In this document: in pieces, positions 1 through 8,970 of the stretch | Layout: each line of letters starts with the position of its first letter | Numbering within the stretch: position 1 is the stretch's first letter | Origin: Campylobacteraceae bacterium | GTDB taxonomy: Bacteria; Campylobacterota; Campylobacteria; Campylobacterales; Sulfurovaceae | Length of the DNA stretch: 43,146 nt | Assembly (NCBI GenBank): GCA_026982175.1 | Contig: JALSHP010000357.1 | Span: 1 to 43,146 of the forward strand | Direction: 5' to 3' | Program-made: the position numbers and the translations under genes | Notes under the pieces: generated by a model | The model's input: the letters and a program-made list of their open reading frames with translations, nothing else | Database searches by the model: none | What the model was told of the DNA's origin: nothing

Positions 1-764
1 TCTATAACCCTTTTGATATTTTACTTTTTATTCGTAATCATCATAAATTTAATAACTATTGGTTCAAAACAGGGACACCAAGCTTTTTGATTAAACTCTT
101 TAAAGAGCAAGAGTATAATTTAGCTACCTTTGAAAATCTTCTAGTAGGAGAGGAGCTTTTAGAGAGTTTTGATATTGAAAATATATCACTTGAAACAGTT
201 ATGTTTCAGAGTGGATATTTGACCATTAGAGAGGTTAAAGAGAAACGCAATAGATATGAGTATATTTTAGACTATCCAAACCTAGAGACCAAAATGAGTT
301 TCAATGACTATCTTTTGGGATACTTTATAAAAAATAAAAGTGAAAAGTTCAAAATTCAAAATCGACTTATGGATATGATGGAAGAGAAAAACCTAGAGGG
401 AATTGAACAGGTTTTTAAATCCCTTTTTGCATCAATCGCCTACAATAATTTCACCAATAATAAGATAGAAAATTATGAGGGCTTTTACGCTTCAGTGGTT
501 TACGCCTATTTTGCAGGGGCAGGGTTTGACAGAATTGTAGCAGAAGATGTCACCAACGATGGACGCATAGATTTAAGTGTCTTTCTTGATGATATGCTCT
601 ACATCTTTGAGTTTAAAGTCAATCAAAAAGGTGCATTGGCACAGATTAAAGAGAAGAACTACCCTCAAAAGTACCAAACTAAATTTTCTGATATTTTTAT
701 TGTAGGTGTGGAGTTTGATAGTGAGAGTCGTAATTTGCTTGGGTATGAGTGGGAGAGAGTTTAA
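1..764 (+). CDS. AAA-ATPase-like / PD-(D/E)XK nuclease domain protein, C-terminal part (5' end outside window)
   Basis: The frame is open from position 3 (YNPFDILLF...NYWFKTGTPSFLIK), so the track's start at 87 is artificial. Family motifs: FQSGYLTI, YPNLE, EGFYASVVY, GRIDL...IFEFK...ALAQIKEKNY. Confidence 0.85.
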   Translation, partial: YNPFDILLFIRNHHKFNNYWFKTGTPSFLIKLFKEQEYNLATFENLLVGEELLESFDIENISLETVMFQSGYLTIREVKEKRNRYEYILDYPNLETKMSFNDYLLGYFIKNKSEKFKIQNRLMDMMEEKNLEGIEQVFKSLFASIAYNNFTNNKIENYEGFYASVVYAYFAGAGFDRIVAEDVTNDGRIDLSVFLDDMLYIFEFKVNQKGALAQIKEKNYPQKYQTKFSDIFIVGVEFDSESRNLLGYEWERV

Positions 765-828
765 ACTTTTTCTACTTATAATTATCCAATTTCAGTATAA
801 TACTTTTCAAATTTAAAAAAGGCTTTGT

Positions 829-2409
829 TTGAAAAATATTACATCGTTTACCCTCATACTCTTGGCTTCTTTATGGATTGTCTTTTTTGACAATGTGGCT
901 TTTTTTGAGCAATTGACGAAAGTTTATCCTCTAGGGTTTGAGTATGCCCTCTTCTTACTCTCACAAGTGATTTTTTTGGTGGCTATTTTTGTGTTGCTCT
1001 TTAGCCTTTTAGGATGGCACTATACCCTAAAACCGATTTTGATTTTTATGTTACTGCTCACCTCGGTTCAGAACTATTTTATGGTGACCTATAATATCTT
1101 GGTTGACCAGACGATGATTGAAAATGTGATGCAGACCAATAGCTCTGAAGCCTTGGACTTGCTCAACATAAAACTCCTGCTTTATTTTTTAATTTTAGGG
1201 GTTTTACCCTCATGGTTTGTCTATCGTGTGAAGATTAACTATGGTCATTTTAAACAACTTTTATGGCTTAAACTAAAAACTATTATGAGCATTATTTTAT
1301 TGGTTTGGTTACTGCTTTTTAGCTTTTCAAAGCACTACACCTCTTTTTTTAGAGAACATAAAGTTATTCGTTTCTACATCAACCCCTTAGATGGTTTTTT
1401 CTGTTTTGCATCTTATCTAAAAGCCCAGTTTGCCAGTCAAAACGTAGCTCTTAAAAAAATAGGCTTAGATGCTAAACAGACTAAAAAAGAGAAGAGAAAC
1501 ATTGTGATTATGGTGGTAGGGGAAGCTGTTCGTGCTGACCATTTTGCCTTAAATGGCTATGCCAAAGCGACCAACCCCTTGATGCGTCAAGAGGCTATTG
1601 TCAACTTCACAGATGTTAGCTCTTGTGGCACAACGACGGCTGTATCTGTTCCTTGTATGTTTTCGATGTATAAAAAAAGTGACTATAGTAGTAGCAAAGG
1701 CAAAAACAGTGAAAATGTTTTAGATGTGTTAAACAGAGCAGGGGTAGAGGTGTTGTGGCGAGATAATAACTCTGATTCTAAAGGGGTGGCTACACGCTTA
1801 GATTATGTTTCTTATAAAGATAAAAGTGTCAATAGTATTTGTGATGTTGAGTGTCGTGATGTGGGGATGTTAGTGGGCTTAGAAAAACGCATTGCCTCTT
1901 CTAAAAAAGACATGATAATTGTCCTCCACCAAATGGGAAACCATGGACCAGCTTACTATAAACGCTACCCCAAAGCTTTTGAGAAGTTTACCCCTGCGTG
2001 TCATAACAATCAGTTAGAGTATTGTAGCCAAGAGGAGATAGCCAATGCGTATGATAACGCTTTGCTCTATACCGATTACTTTTTATCTGAAGTGGTGAAA
2101 GTTCTCAAAAAAGAGGCGAGTGAGACTACGCAAACAGCCATGCTTTATGTGGCTGACCATGGTGAGTCTTTGGGGGAGGGAGGGCTGTATCTGCATGGTT
2201 TACCCTATTTTATAGCACCTGATGCCCAAACCAAAGTACCGATGATGATGTGGTTTAGTAAAAATCATCACATCAAAAGAGAGCAACTTCAAAAAGTAGC
2301 GACAGATGAGCTAAGTCATGACAATCTTTTTGCTACGCTGTTGGGAATGTTTAATGTCACGAGTGATGTTTATGAGCGAGATGATGATATTTTAAAGAGG
2401 AGAGAGTAG
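829..2409 (+). CDS. eptA: Phosphoethanolamine transferase (EptA/MCR family), copy 1
   Basis: N-terminal multi-TM domain plus sulfatase-like domain: VVGEAVRADH, CGTTTAVSVPCMFS (catalytic Thr), WRDNNS, HQMGNHGPAY, DHGESLGEGGLYLHG. Confidence 0.92.
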   Translation: MKNITSFTLILLASLWIVFFDNVAFFEQLTKVYPLGFEYALFLLSQVIFLVAIFVLLFSLLGWHYTLKPILIFMLLLTSVQNYFMVTYNILVDQTMIENVMQTNSSEALDLLNIKLLLYFLILGVLPSWFVYRVKINYGHFKQLLWLKLKTIMSIILLVWLLLFSFSKHYTSFFREHKVIRFYINPLDGFFCFASYLKAQFASQNVALKKIGLDAKQTKKEKRNIVIMVVGEAVRADHFALNGYAKATNPLMRQEAIVNFTDVSSCGTTTAVSVPCMFSMYKKSDYSSSKGKNSENVLDVLNRAGVEVLWRDNNSDSKGVATRLDYVSYKDKSVNSICDVECRDVGMLVGLEKRIASSKKDMIIVLHQMGNHGPAYYKRYPKAFEKFTPACHNNQLEYCSQEEIANAYDNALLYTDYFLSEVVKVLKKEASETTQTAMLYVADHGESLGEGGLYLHGLPYFIAPDAQTKVPMMMWFSKNHHIKREQLQKVATDELSHDNLFATLLGMFNVTSDVYERDDDILKRRE

Positions 2410-2412
2410 AGC

Positions 2413-2967
2413 ATGAAAAAGATAAAATATATTTTAGGCACATTACTAAGCATCGTAATGTTGTGGGCTGTTTACTTTTTAGTTTATGCCAATTTTCATA
2501 AAGTGGATGACGACCTCTACCGTTCAGCACAGTTACGTCCGTTTAATATGGGCTATTTTATTGAGAAACATAAGATAAAGTCGATTATTAATCTACGAGG
2601 AGGGTATGCCAAAGGTAAAACACCCGATGCTTGGTATGTTGATGAGCTAGCGTTTAGTAAAGAGCATAATCTTACTCATATTGACTATGGTATAGGGGAT
2701 AGAATGCCTATTACGCTTAAACAGATGGAAGAGATGGTGGAGCTTATGAAAAATGCCCCAAAGCCTCTGCTCATTCATTGTAAAGCAGGAGCAGATAGAA
2801 CCTCTTTGGCAAGTGCTTTGTATCTTTATGCCATTAAAAAAGAGAGCGATGCGAGTCGAGCCATCTCCATTATTTATGGGCATTTCCCATGGCTAGGCTC
2901 AAAGACTTACTTTATGGATGAGAGTTTTGAGAACTATAAAAAAGCCCACCCCTTAAAAGAGAACTAA
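2413..2967 (+). CDS. Cys-based (PTP/dual-specificity family) phosphatase with N-terminal membrane anchor
   Basis: NFHKV...LYRSAQ, IKSIINLRG and the HCKAGADRT (HCx5R) P-loop; hydrophobic residues ~7-25. Confidence 0.85.
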   Translation: MKKIKYILGTLLSIVMLWAVYFLVYANFHKVDDDLYRSAQLRPFNMGYFIEKHKIKSIINLRGGYAKGKTPDAWYVDELAFSKEHNLTHIDYGIGDRMPITLKQMEEMVELMKNAPKPLLIHCKAGADRTSLASALYLYAIKKESDASRAISIIYGHFPWLGSKTYFMDESFENYKKAHPLKEN

Positions 2968-4499
2968 TGAGTACGGTTAAATATATTTTTGGATTGACTT
3001 TTTTTAACTTAGTGCTGTTTCATTTCCCTTTTTATGCTTATGTTTTAGAGCATATTGAGTTGGGTACTTTAGATGGAGTGTTGAGCTTTTTTGTGGTGAC
3101 GGTGGCTCTTTTTGTGGTCAATATTTTCTTTTTGTCGCTTTTTGCCATTATCTCCACTACATTTTTAAAGCTCTTTGGCTTTTTTATGGTTTTTTCAGCC
3201 CCTATTGCCTTGTATTTTATGAGTACTTACAACACCATTTTAGACCGAACCATGATGGGAAACCTCTTTAATACCAATAGTAGTGAAGCATTGAGTTATT
3301 ATCATCCTAAGATGTTTATCTATCTCTTTATGGGGTTGGGGTTGGTCTATTTGATGCGTAAAATAAAAATTCAAAAATCCAAAAGAGTAAGGCTTCTTAA
3401 ATATGGTTTGGGTGTTACGGTGTTAGGGGTTTTAATTTTATATATCAATGCGAGTAAATGGCTGTGGCTAGACAAACACGCCAAAAACTTAGGGGCTAGA
3501 GCGATGCCGTGGTCATACGTTATTAATTCGGTTCGCTATAAATTAAGAGCCTTAAAAGCTTCTAAAAAACAGATTTTACTGCCACCTGCCACATTTACTA
3601 ATCCCAATGAAAAAGAGCTGGTGATTTTAGTCATTGGAGAGTCGGCTAGAGCGAAGAGTTTTTCCCTCTATGGCTATGAGCGAGAGACCAATCCAAAGTT
3701 AAAAAAAGAAGCAATTGTGGTACTTCCCAATGTTCATGCAACAGCAACCTATACAACAGCGTCGGTTCACAGTATGCTCTCTTACAAAGGGAGCAGTTCG
3801 GACAGTTATGAGCCTCTGCCAAACTATCTGCAACGTCAAGGGGTTGAGGTGTGGTGGCGAACGAAAAATTGGGGAGAACCTACTTTAAAGGTGGCACACT
3901 ACCAAAGGGCTTCTGATTTAAAAGAGGATTGCATGGGTGAGGGGTGTGGATATGATGGGGTACTCTTAAGCAATTTAATGCAAAATATTAAGGCTTCAAA
4001 AACTAACAAGATATTGATGGTACTGCACACCACAGGGAGTCATGGACCGAGTTATTTTGAGAAGTACCCAAAAAGTTTTGAGCAATTCAGACCTGTTTGT
4101 AAAACAGTCAACATTAAAGCGTGTAGTCAAGAGGAGCTAAACAATGCCTATGACAATACCATTCTCTACACGGACGCATTTTTAGCGTCGATTATTGAGA
4201 AACTTAAAAAAGAGAAAGGCTTAAGCAGTCTGATGCTCTATATCTCTGACCATGGGGAGTCCTTGGGGGAATATGGGCTTTATCTTCATGGCACACCCTA
4301 TGCCATTGCCCCTGATGTGCAAAAAGAAGTACCCTTTCTCTTTTGGGCTTCTCCTGCTTTTAAAAAGAGCAAAGATTTAGAGGAGTTAAGCTTTAAACGT
4401 GATGAGTATGGTGATGCAAATATCTTTCACTCTGTCATGGGGGCATTTGGGATGAAGAGTAGCATCTACGATAAAGAGTTGGATATTTTTAGTAAGTAA
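2967..4499 (+). CDS. Phosphoethanolamine transferase family protein, copy 2 (divergent paralog)
   Basis: TM N-terminus; VIGESARA, TYTTASV, HTTGSHGPSY, NAYDNTILYTD, SDHGESLGEYGLYLHG. Start overlaps the upstream stop (TAATG). Confidence 0.88.
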   Translation: MSTVKYIFGLTFFNLVLFHFPFYAYVLEHIELGTLDGVLSFFVVTVALFVVNIFFLSLFAIISTTFLKLFGFFMVFSAPIALYFMSTYNTILDRTMMGNLFNTNSSEALSYYHPKMFIYLFMGLGLVYLMRKIKIQKSKRVRLLKYGLGVTVLGVLILYINASKWLWLDKHAKNLGARAMPWSYVINSVRYKLRALKASKKQILLPPATFTNPNEKELVILVIGESARAKSFSLYGYERETNPKLKKEAIVVLPNVHATATYTTASVHSMLSYKGSSSDSYEPLPNYLQRQGVEVWWRTKNWGEPTLKVAHYQRASDLKEDCMGEGCGYDGVLLSNLMQNIKASKTNKILMVLHTTGSHGPSYFEKYPKSFEQFRPVCKTVNIKACSQEELNNAYDNTILYTDAFLASIIEKLKKEKGLSSLMLYISDHGESLGEYGLYLHGTPYAIAPDVQKEVPFLFWASPAFKKSKDLEELSFKRDEYGDANIFHSVMGAFGMKSSIYDKELDIFSK

Positions 4500-5211
4500 T
4501 CCCTGCTAGATACAAGCCCTCAGCAGGGGCGAGTTTAGTAAGGGTTCGCTCTTCTAAGTTAAGTTGTCTTTCAAGTGCCTCTTGTGACCATTGGTTTAGG
4601 GCGACTTGCATAGAAGCCTCAACCATCATGCGTACTTGTGAACGTAAAAAACCATTGGCTTGAAAGTAGATGAGGTGATAGTTTTTATGTTGTTTATAAT
4701 GCGTTTTATAGATTTCTCTTATGTTTGTATGGGTAATGCTTCCCGTTTTGATGAAGTTGCTAAAGTCATGCTCTCCCTCAAAAGTTTTAAGTGCTTTTCT
4801 TAAGAGGTCAGCGTTAAATTTGGGATAGGAACTCACATACGCCTCTTCAAAAATTGAGGGCTGTGTGGTTTTAAAAACGTAGCGATATAGACGCTTTTTT
4901 GCATGAAAGCGTGAATGAAAATCCTCACGCACTTGCTCTACTTTTTTGATGGAGATGTGTTGTAGTTTTCGGTTAAGTTCATATTGTAACTTCTCTAAAT
5001 CTCTCCAAAACTCTGGTAGTAAAAAATCAATCACTTGCCCTGTGGCATGAACTCCTGCATCGGTACGTCCTGAACCTCTTATCTCATCGGTAATGCCCAA
5101 GGAGCGTAAAGCTATCTCGATGCTTGAAGTGATGGTGTTTTGGGTACTTTTTTGTTTTTGAAAGCCTTGAAACTTTCCTCCATCATAAACGATTGTTAAT
5201 TTTACACGCAT
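4489..5211 (-). CDS. truA: tRNA pseudouridine(38-40) synthase
   Basis: YDGxxFxGFQ, GSGRTDAGVHATGQ, FHSRF, GFLRSQVRMMV, APAEGLYL. Confidence 0.97.
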   Translation of the reverse strand: MRVKLTIVYDGGKFQGFQKQKSTQNTITSSIEIALRSLGITDEIRGSGRTDAGVHATGQVIDFLLPEFWRDLEKLQYELNRKLQHISIKKVEQVREDFHSRFHAKKRLYRYVFKTTQPSIFEEAYVSSYPKFNADLLRKALKTFEGEHDFSNFIKTGSITHTNIREIYKTHYKQHKNYHLIYFQANGFLRSQVRMMVEASMQVALNQWSQEALERQLNLEERTLTKLAPAEGLYLAGITY

Positions 5212-6240
5212 TTAAAAAAACCGTAAGACAAACTGTTTATAGAGGTAAAAACCAAAGAGCAGAACAGCCAAAGAGAGGGCAGAGAAGATAATGAGCGTAC
5301 CATTTTTTTCAAGTAGTGAAGCAAAAAGATAGAGAAAAATGGTTGTCACCCCTAAAATGGGGTAGGCATAGTTACGTTGATAACGGGGGTTAATAATGGC
5401 AAAAGAGGCGATAATTGCCAAAGCTAAAATGGGAATGAGACTGCTAAAAAGAAAGAAGAAAATTCTAGACTTTTTTTTAGGGTTTTGAGCAAATTTTTGC
5501 CAATAGGCGATGATGTTATTGTAAGTAAAGGCTTCAATGTTTAGGTTCTTAAAGACTTTCATGCTCTCATATTCTACTTTTTTGAGTGCATCTTTGCTAA
5601 AAGTGTAGCCTGAACCCTCTTTAAGGGTTAAAGTTACCACCGAATTTTTGTTTTCAAAAGTTGCCTCTTTGGCAATAAAGAGTTGGTCAGAGAGTTTGGC
5701 ATCTTTTTTGTAGATGACAATGTCTTTTAGGGTCTCATCTTTTTTACTTTTGACATAGACAAAAAGGTCGCCAAACTTTTGCCCCAATTTTGAGGGGTTA
5801 ATGTTCACTTGTGCCTCGGCAGCTTTTGTTTGGGTAAAGGCTTTAAACTGCTGTTTTGTTTGGGGCATTAGTGCTAATGAGAGTACCAATAAAATAAGGC
5901 TAAAAAGCGTGGCAATGAAAAAGAAACGATACAACAGTACTTTGGCATTTGAACCCAAAGCAAAGAGTGCCATGAGTTCATTGTCATGAGAGAGATGCAG
6001 TAGGGTCATGACAATGGCAACCAAAAATGAGATGGGCAGGGTATAGAACAAAATAGAGGGGAGGTTGTAGGCAAAAAGTTGCATCATATCCATAAAAGAT
6101 ATTTGAATGGACGCGGTAAGTGAGGAGAGTTTAATGATGAAGACAAGTGAAGCAATAAAAAATAGGGGTAAAAAGATGGTAAAAAAAGAACTTTGAAAGT
6201 TCTTTGATAAGTAGCCAGAGATACTTGTGCGTTTAGCCAT
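5212..6240 (-). CDS. LPS export ABC transporter permease LptF/LptG family
   Basis: Three N-terminal TMs, LSHDNELMALFALG motif, periplasmic domain, three C-terminal TMs. Start moved to the ATG at 6240 (MAKRTS) to avoid a long overlap. Confidence 0.85.
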   Translation of the reverse strand: MAKRTSISGYLSKNFQSSFFTIFLPLFFIASLVFIIKLSSLTASIQISFMDMMQLFAYNLPSILFYTLPISFLVAIVMTLLHLSHDNELMALFALGSNAKVLLYRFFFIATLFSLILLVLSLALMPQTKQQFKAFTQTKAAEAQVNINPSKLGQKFGDLFVYVKSKKDETLKDIVIYKKDAKLSDQLFIAKEATFENKNSVVTLTLKEGSGYTFSKDALKKVEYESMKVFKNLNIEAFTYNNIIAYWQKFAQNPKKKSRIFFFLFSSLIPILALAIIASFAIINPRYQRNYAYPILGVTTIFLYLFASLLEKNGTLIIFSALSLAVLLFGFYLYKQFVLRFF

Positions 6241-6973
6241 AAATGATGAAGTCCACAATGGCTTGAACTTGGCTGTCAAACATATAGGCGATGAATGTTC
6301 CAATGATTAAAAATGGAACAAAAGGCACTTGGGTATCTTTGGCAAGTAATGAGGGGACAATGGCAACTATGGCAGATATAAAAAGAGCATAAAGAAAGCC
6401 AGGGAAACCAAGTAAGGCACCCATGGTTCCTGCGACAATAATATCACCTTCACCCATCGCTTCTTTGTTTAAAAAGAAAGAGAGATAGTAGCGTAACAAC
6501 GTCATTCCCCCAACAGCTAGAAGTGCATCTTGAATGGAGTCTAAAAAAGTAGGGGTGATCACGGCTAAAGCCAATGCCAAGAGATTTAAGTTGTCAGGAA
6601 CTGCCATGTATTTAAAGTCAATCATCACCAAAGCTAAAAGCAGGGTAAAGACAGCAAAAACAATGGGGAAGTACCAAACAAGCCCTAATTTGTAAAAAAG
6701 AGAGACAGAAATAATCCCTGTAGCAAGTTCAATAAGTGGGTATTGCATGGAGATTTTTTCAGCACAAAAGCCACATTTGCCTCGTAAAAATAGCCATGAG
6801 AAGATGGGAACATTATGGTACCACTTCAGAGGTGTTTGACACGATTGGCACTTAGACGCAGGAAATACAATGCTTTCACCTTTAGGAATACGGTAAATAA
6901 CCACATTTAAAAAAGAACCAATTAAGATTCCAAAGATAAACACAAAAAGTGCAATAAGTAATTCAGGGTTCAT
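6233..6973 (-). CDS. pilD: Type IV prepilin peptidase (A24 family)
   Basis: GSFLNVVIYRIP, CxxC...CxxC Zn motif, MGEGD, PFVPFL. Confidence 0.93.
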   Translation of the reverse strand: MNPELLIALFVFIFGILIGSFLNVVIYRIPKGESIVFPASKCQSCQTPLKWYHNVPIFSWLFLRGKCGFCAEKISMQYPLIELATGIISVSLFYKLGLVWYFPIVFAVFTLLLALVMIDFKYMAVPDNLNLLALALAVITPTFLDSIQDALLAVGGMTLLRYYLSFFLNKEAMGEGDIIVAGTMGALLGFPGFLYALFISAIVAIVPSLLAKDTQVPFVPFLIIGTFIAYMFDSQVQAIVDFIIYG

Positions 6974-7662
6974 TATAGTCCTCCAAAGCGACGGTTTCGA
7001 TTGACATATTGGTCAATAATATCTTCTAATTCATGAGCTGTAAAGTCTGGCCAAAGGGTTGGGGTAAAGAAAAATTCAGCGTAAGAGTTTTGCCATAGCA
7101 AATAGTTAGAGAGACGCTGTTCCCCACTGGTACGAATCATTAAATCGATATCGACATAGGGAGTAGGGAGTTCAGCCCCTAAGCTCTCTTCGGTAATTGT
7201 TTCGCCACGCTGTGCCAAACGATTAGCCGCTTTGGCTATCTCTTCACGTGAGCCATAGTTAAGTGCCAAAATCTGTGTTACATTGGTGTGGTGTGCTGTC
7301 TCTTTTTGAATGTAAGCGATGGTCTCTTGAAGTTTAGGTGAAAAGCCCTCAATGTTCCCAATGGGTTGAAACTTTGCCCCAAATTTATGGTAGGTTTCAA
7401 GTTCGGCTCTTAGCCATGAATCAAGCAGTTTCATTAGGAATGCCACTTCATACTTTGGACGTTTCCAATTTTCAGTAGAGAAAGCGTAAAAGGTGACGGT
7501 TTCAATGGTCTCATGTTTGGCACAATACTCGGTAATATCACGTGTAACATTGGCTCCAGCTTCATGCCCTTTGGTTCGTACTAGCCCTCGCTCTTTTGCC
7601 CAACGACCATTACCGTCCATGATGATTGCTAAGTGTTTTAAAATATTTTTATCTTTTGCCAT
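6973..7662 (-). CDS. uppS: Undecaprenyl diphosphate synthase
   Basis: HLAIIMDGNGRWA, YAFSTENWKRP, IRTSGEQRLSNYLLWQ, RRFGGL. Confidence 0.97.
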   Translation of the reverse strand: MAKDKNILKHLAIIMDGNGRWAKERGLVRTKGHEAGANVTRDITEYCAKHETIETVTFYAFSTENWKRPKYEVAFLMKLLDSWLRAELETYHKFGAKFQPIGNIEGFSPKLQETIAYIQKETAHHTNVTQILALNYGSREEIAKAANRLAQRGETITEESLGAELPTPYVDIDLMIRTSGEQRLSNYLLWQNSYAEFFFTPTLWPDFTAHELEDIIDQYVNRNRRFGGL

Positions 7663-7671
7663 CTATAATCT

Positions 7672-8964
7672 TTAAATTGTATTATTGTGTTCTAACTTTT
7701 GGCTCTCTTTGAGTATCTTAAAAGATAATTCAAGCTTAGAGGCTCTTCCTAACTCAACTGTTTCATCTTTGGTAATAAAAACGATACTATTGTCAAGCGT
7801 ACCAAAAGCAGAACTATCTGCTAAAAGATTATAACATACTCCATCTACATTTTTATTTTCGATTAAGCTTTTAGCGTTAGAAAAGCCATTCACTTTGTCC
7901 ATTTCAGCTTTAAATCCAACTTTTATTAATGATAATTCACTAATAGACTTTAAAATGTCGTCCGTCTGTTTCATTTCGATGTTCCATTTAGAGCCAATGT
8001 TTATTTTTTTGGTTTTGCCTTGCTTGGGAGATTTGGGAGTAAAATCAGCCACAGCTGCTGCCATGAATAAAAATGGTTTTTTAGAAGTTTCTTGTTTATG
8101 ATTTGGAAACGATGGCTTTAGCCTCGTCTTGTTCGGGACTAAAGTCTCCGATTCCAAGGCATTTGTTATAGACTTTACTACTTTTTCTTTCATCTCTTTA
8201 GCAGAAGCAATATCTATGGTACAAATTTTTGATGGAATTTCAGCATGTCCTTTGGTTGTTATTAAAGTGACATCAGCCCCTTTCAAATAAAGTGCCGTCG
8301 CCAAAGAATTTGCCATTTTCCCTGAAGAGAAGTTGGAGACGTAACGCACTTCATCTATCTTTTCGCGTGTTCCTCCTCCTGTGACAATGACCTCTCTATT
8401 GTTCCAAAAATCATCGTTTAACAAGGCTCTAGCCGTAGCATAAAATATCTCCAAAGGTTCAGCCAAAGCTCCATTTCCTACATCACCACACGCTAAAAGT
8501 TTGGATTGAGAACCAATAATCTCTATATGATGTTTTTCAAGATAGTTGAGTGCCTTTAAAGTTGTTGCATCTTCTATCATATGTGTGTTTGCCGAGGGAG
8601 CAATGAGCAGAGGTTTGGTGTAGGCTAAAACCGTTTGCAGTAAAATATTGTCAGCAAAGCCATTGGCAATTTTGTTAATGGTATTAGCCGTAGCAGGTGC
8701 TAAAACAAAAACATCACACATTTTACCAATGTCAATGTGATTAAGCGTTGAAGACCAAGATTCAGACGCTTCCGTTAAGACAGCATTTCTTGTTAAAGCT
8801 TCAAAAGTAAGGGCAGAGACAAAACGTTCAGCCGAGGGAGTCATGACCACATGAACACAAGCCCCAGCCTTAACAAAAAGACGGGCTAAGTCACAGGCTT
8901 TATAGGCAGAGATACTACCTGTGACTCCGAGGAGAATGGTTTTGTTTTTTAGGGTTAGTTGCAT
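7672..8964 (-). CDS. coaBC: Bifunctional phosphopantothenoylcysteine decarboxylase/synthase
   Basis: GVTGSISAYK, APATANTINKIANGFADN, LACGDVGNG, VTGGGTREKIDEVRYVSNFSSGKM, AAAVADF, VGFKAE. Confidence 0.96.
   Translation of the reverse strand: MQLTLKNKTILLGVTGSISAYKACDLARLFVKAGACVHVVMTPSAERFVSALTFEALTRNAVLTEASESWSSTLNHIDIGKMCDVFVLAPATANTINKIANGFADNILLQTVLAYTKPLLIAPSANTHMIEDATTLKALNYLEKHHIEIIGSQSKLLACGDVGNGALAEPLEIFYATARALLNDDFWNNREVIVTGGGTREKIDEVRYVSNFSSGKMANSLATALYLKGADVTLITTKGHAEIPSKICTIDIASAKEMKEKVVKSITNALESETLVPNKTRLKPSFPNHKQETSKKPFLFMAAAVADFTPKSPKQGKTKKINIGSKWNIEMKQTDDILKSISELSLIKVGFKAEMDKVNGFSNAKSLIENKNVDGVCYNLLADSSAFGTLDNSIVFITKDETVELGRASKLELSFKILKESQKLEHNNTI
8103..8157. repeat. REP-like inverted doublet inside the coaBC coding sequence
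   Basis: Minus strand TTGGAATCGGAGACTTTAGTCCCG-AACAAGA-CGAGGCTAAAGCCATCGTTTCCAA: two related arms in inverted orientation, each with its own hairpin, and TTGGAA/TTCCAA ends. Confidence 0.7.
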
Positions 8965-8970
8965 TGGAAT

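Noticed and set aside
87-764. ORF-track start at 87
   Set aside because: The frame is open and family-like from position 3; the gene begins upstream of the window.
6241-6303. N-terminal extension of the LptF/G ORF
   Set aside because: It overlaps the prepilin peptidase gene; the ATG at 6240 gives a normal coupled start.
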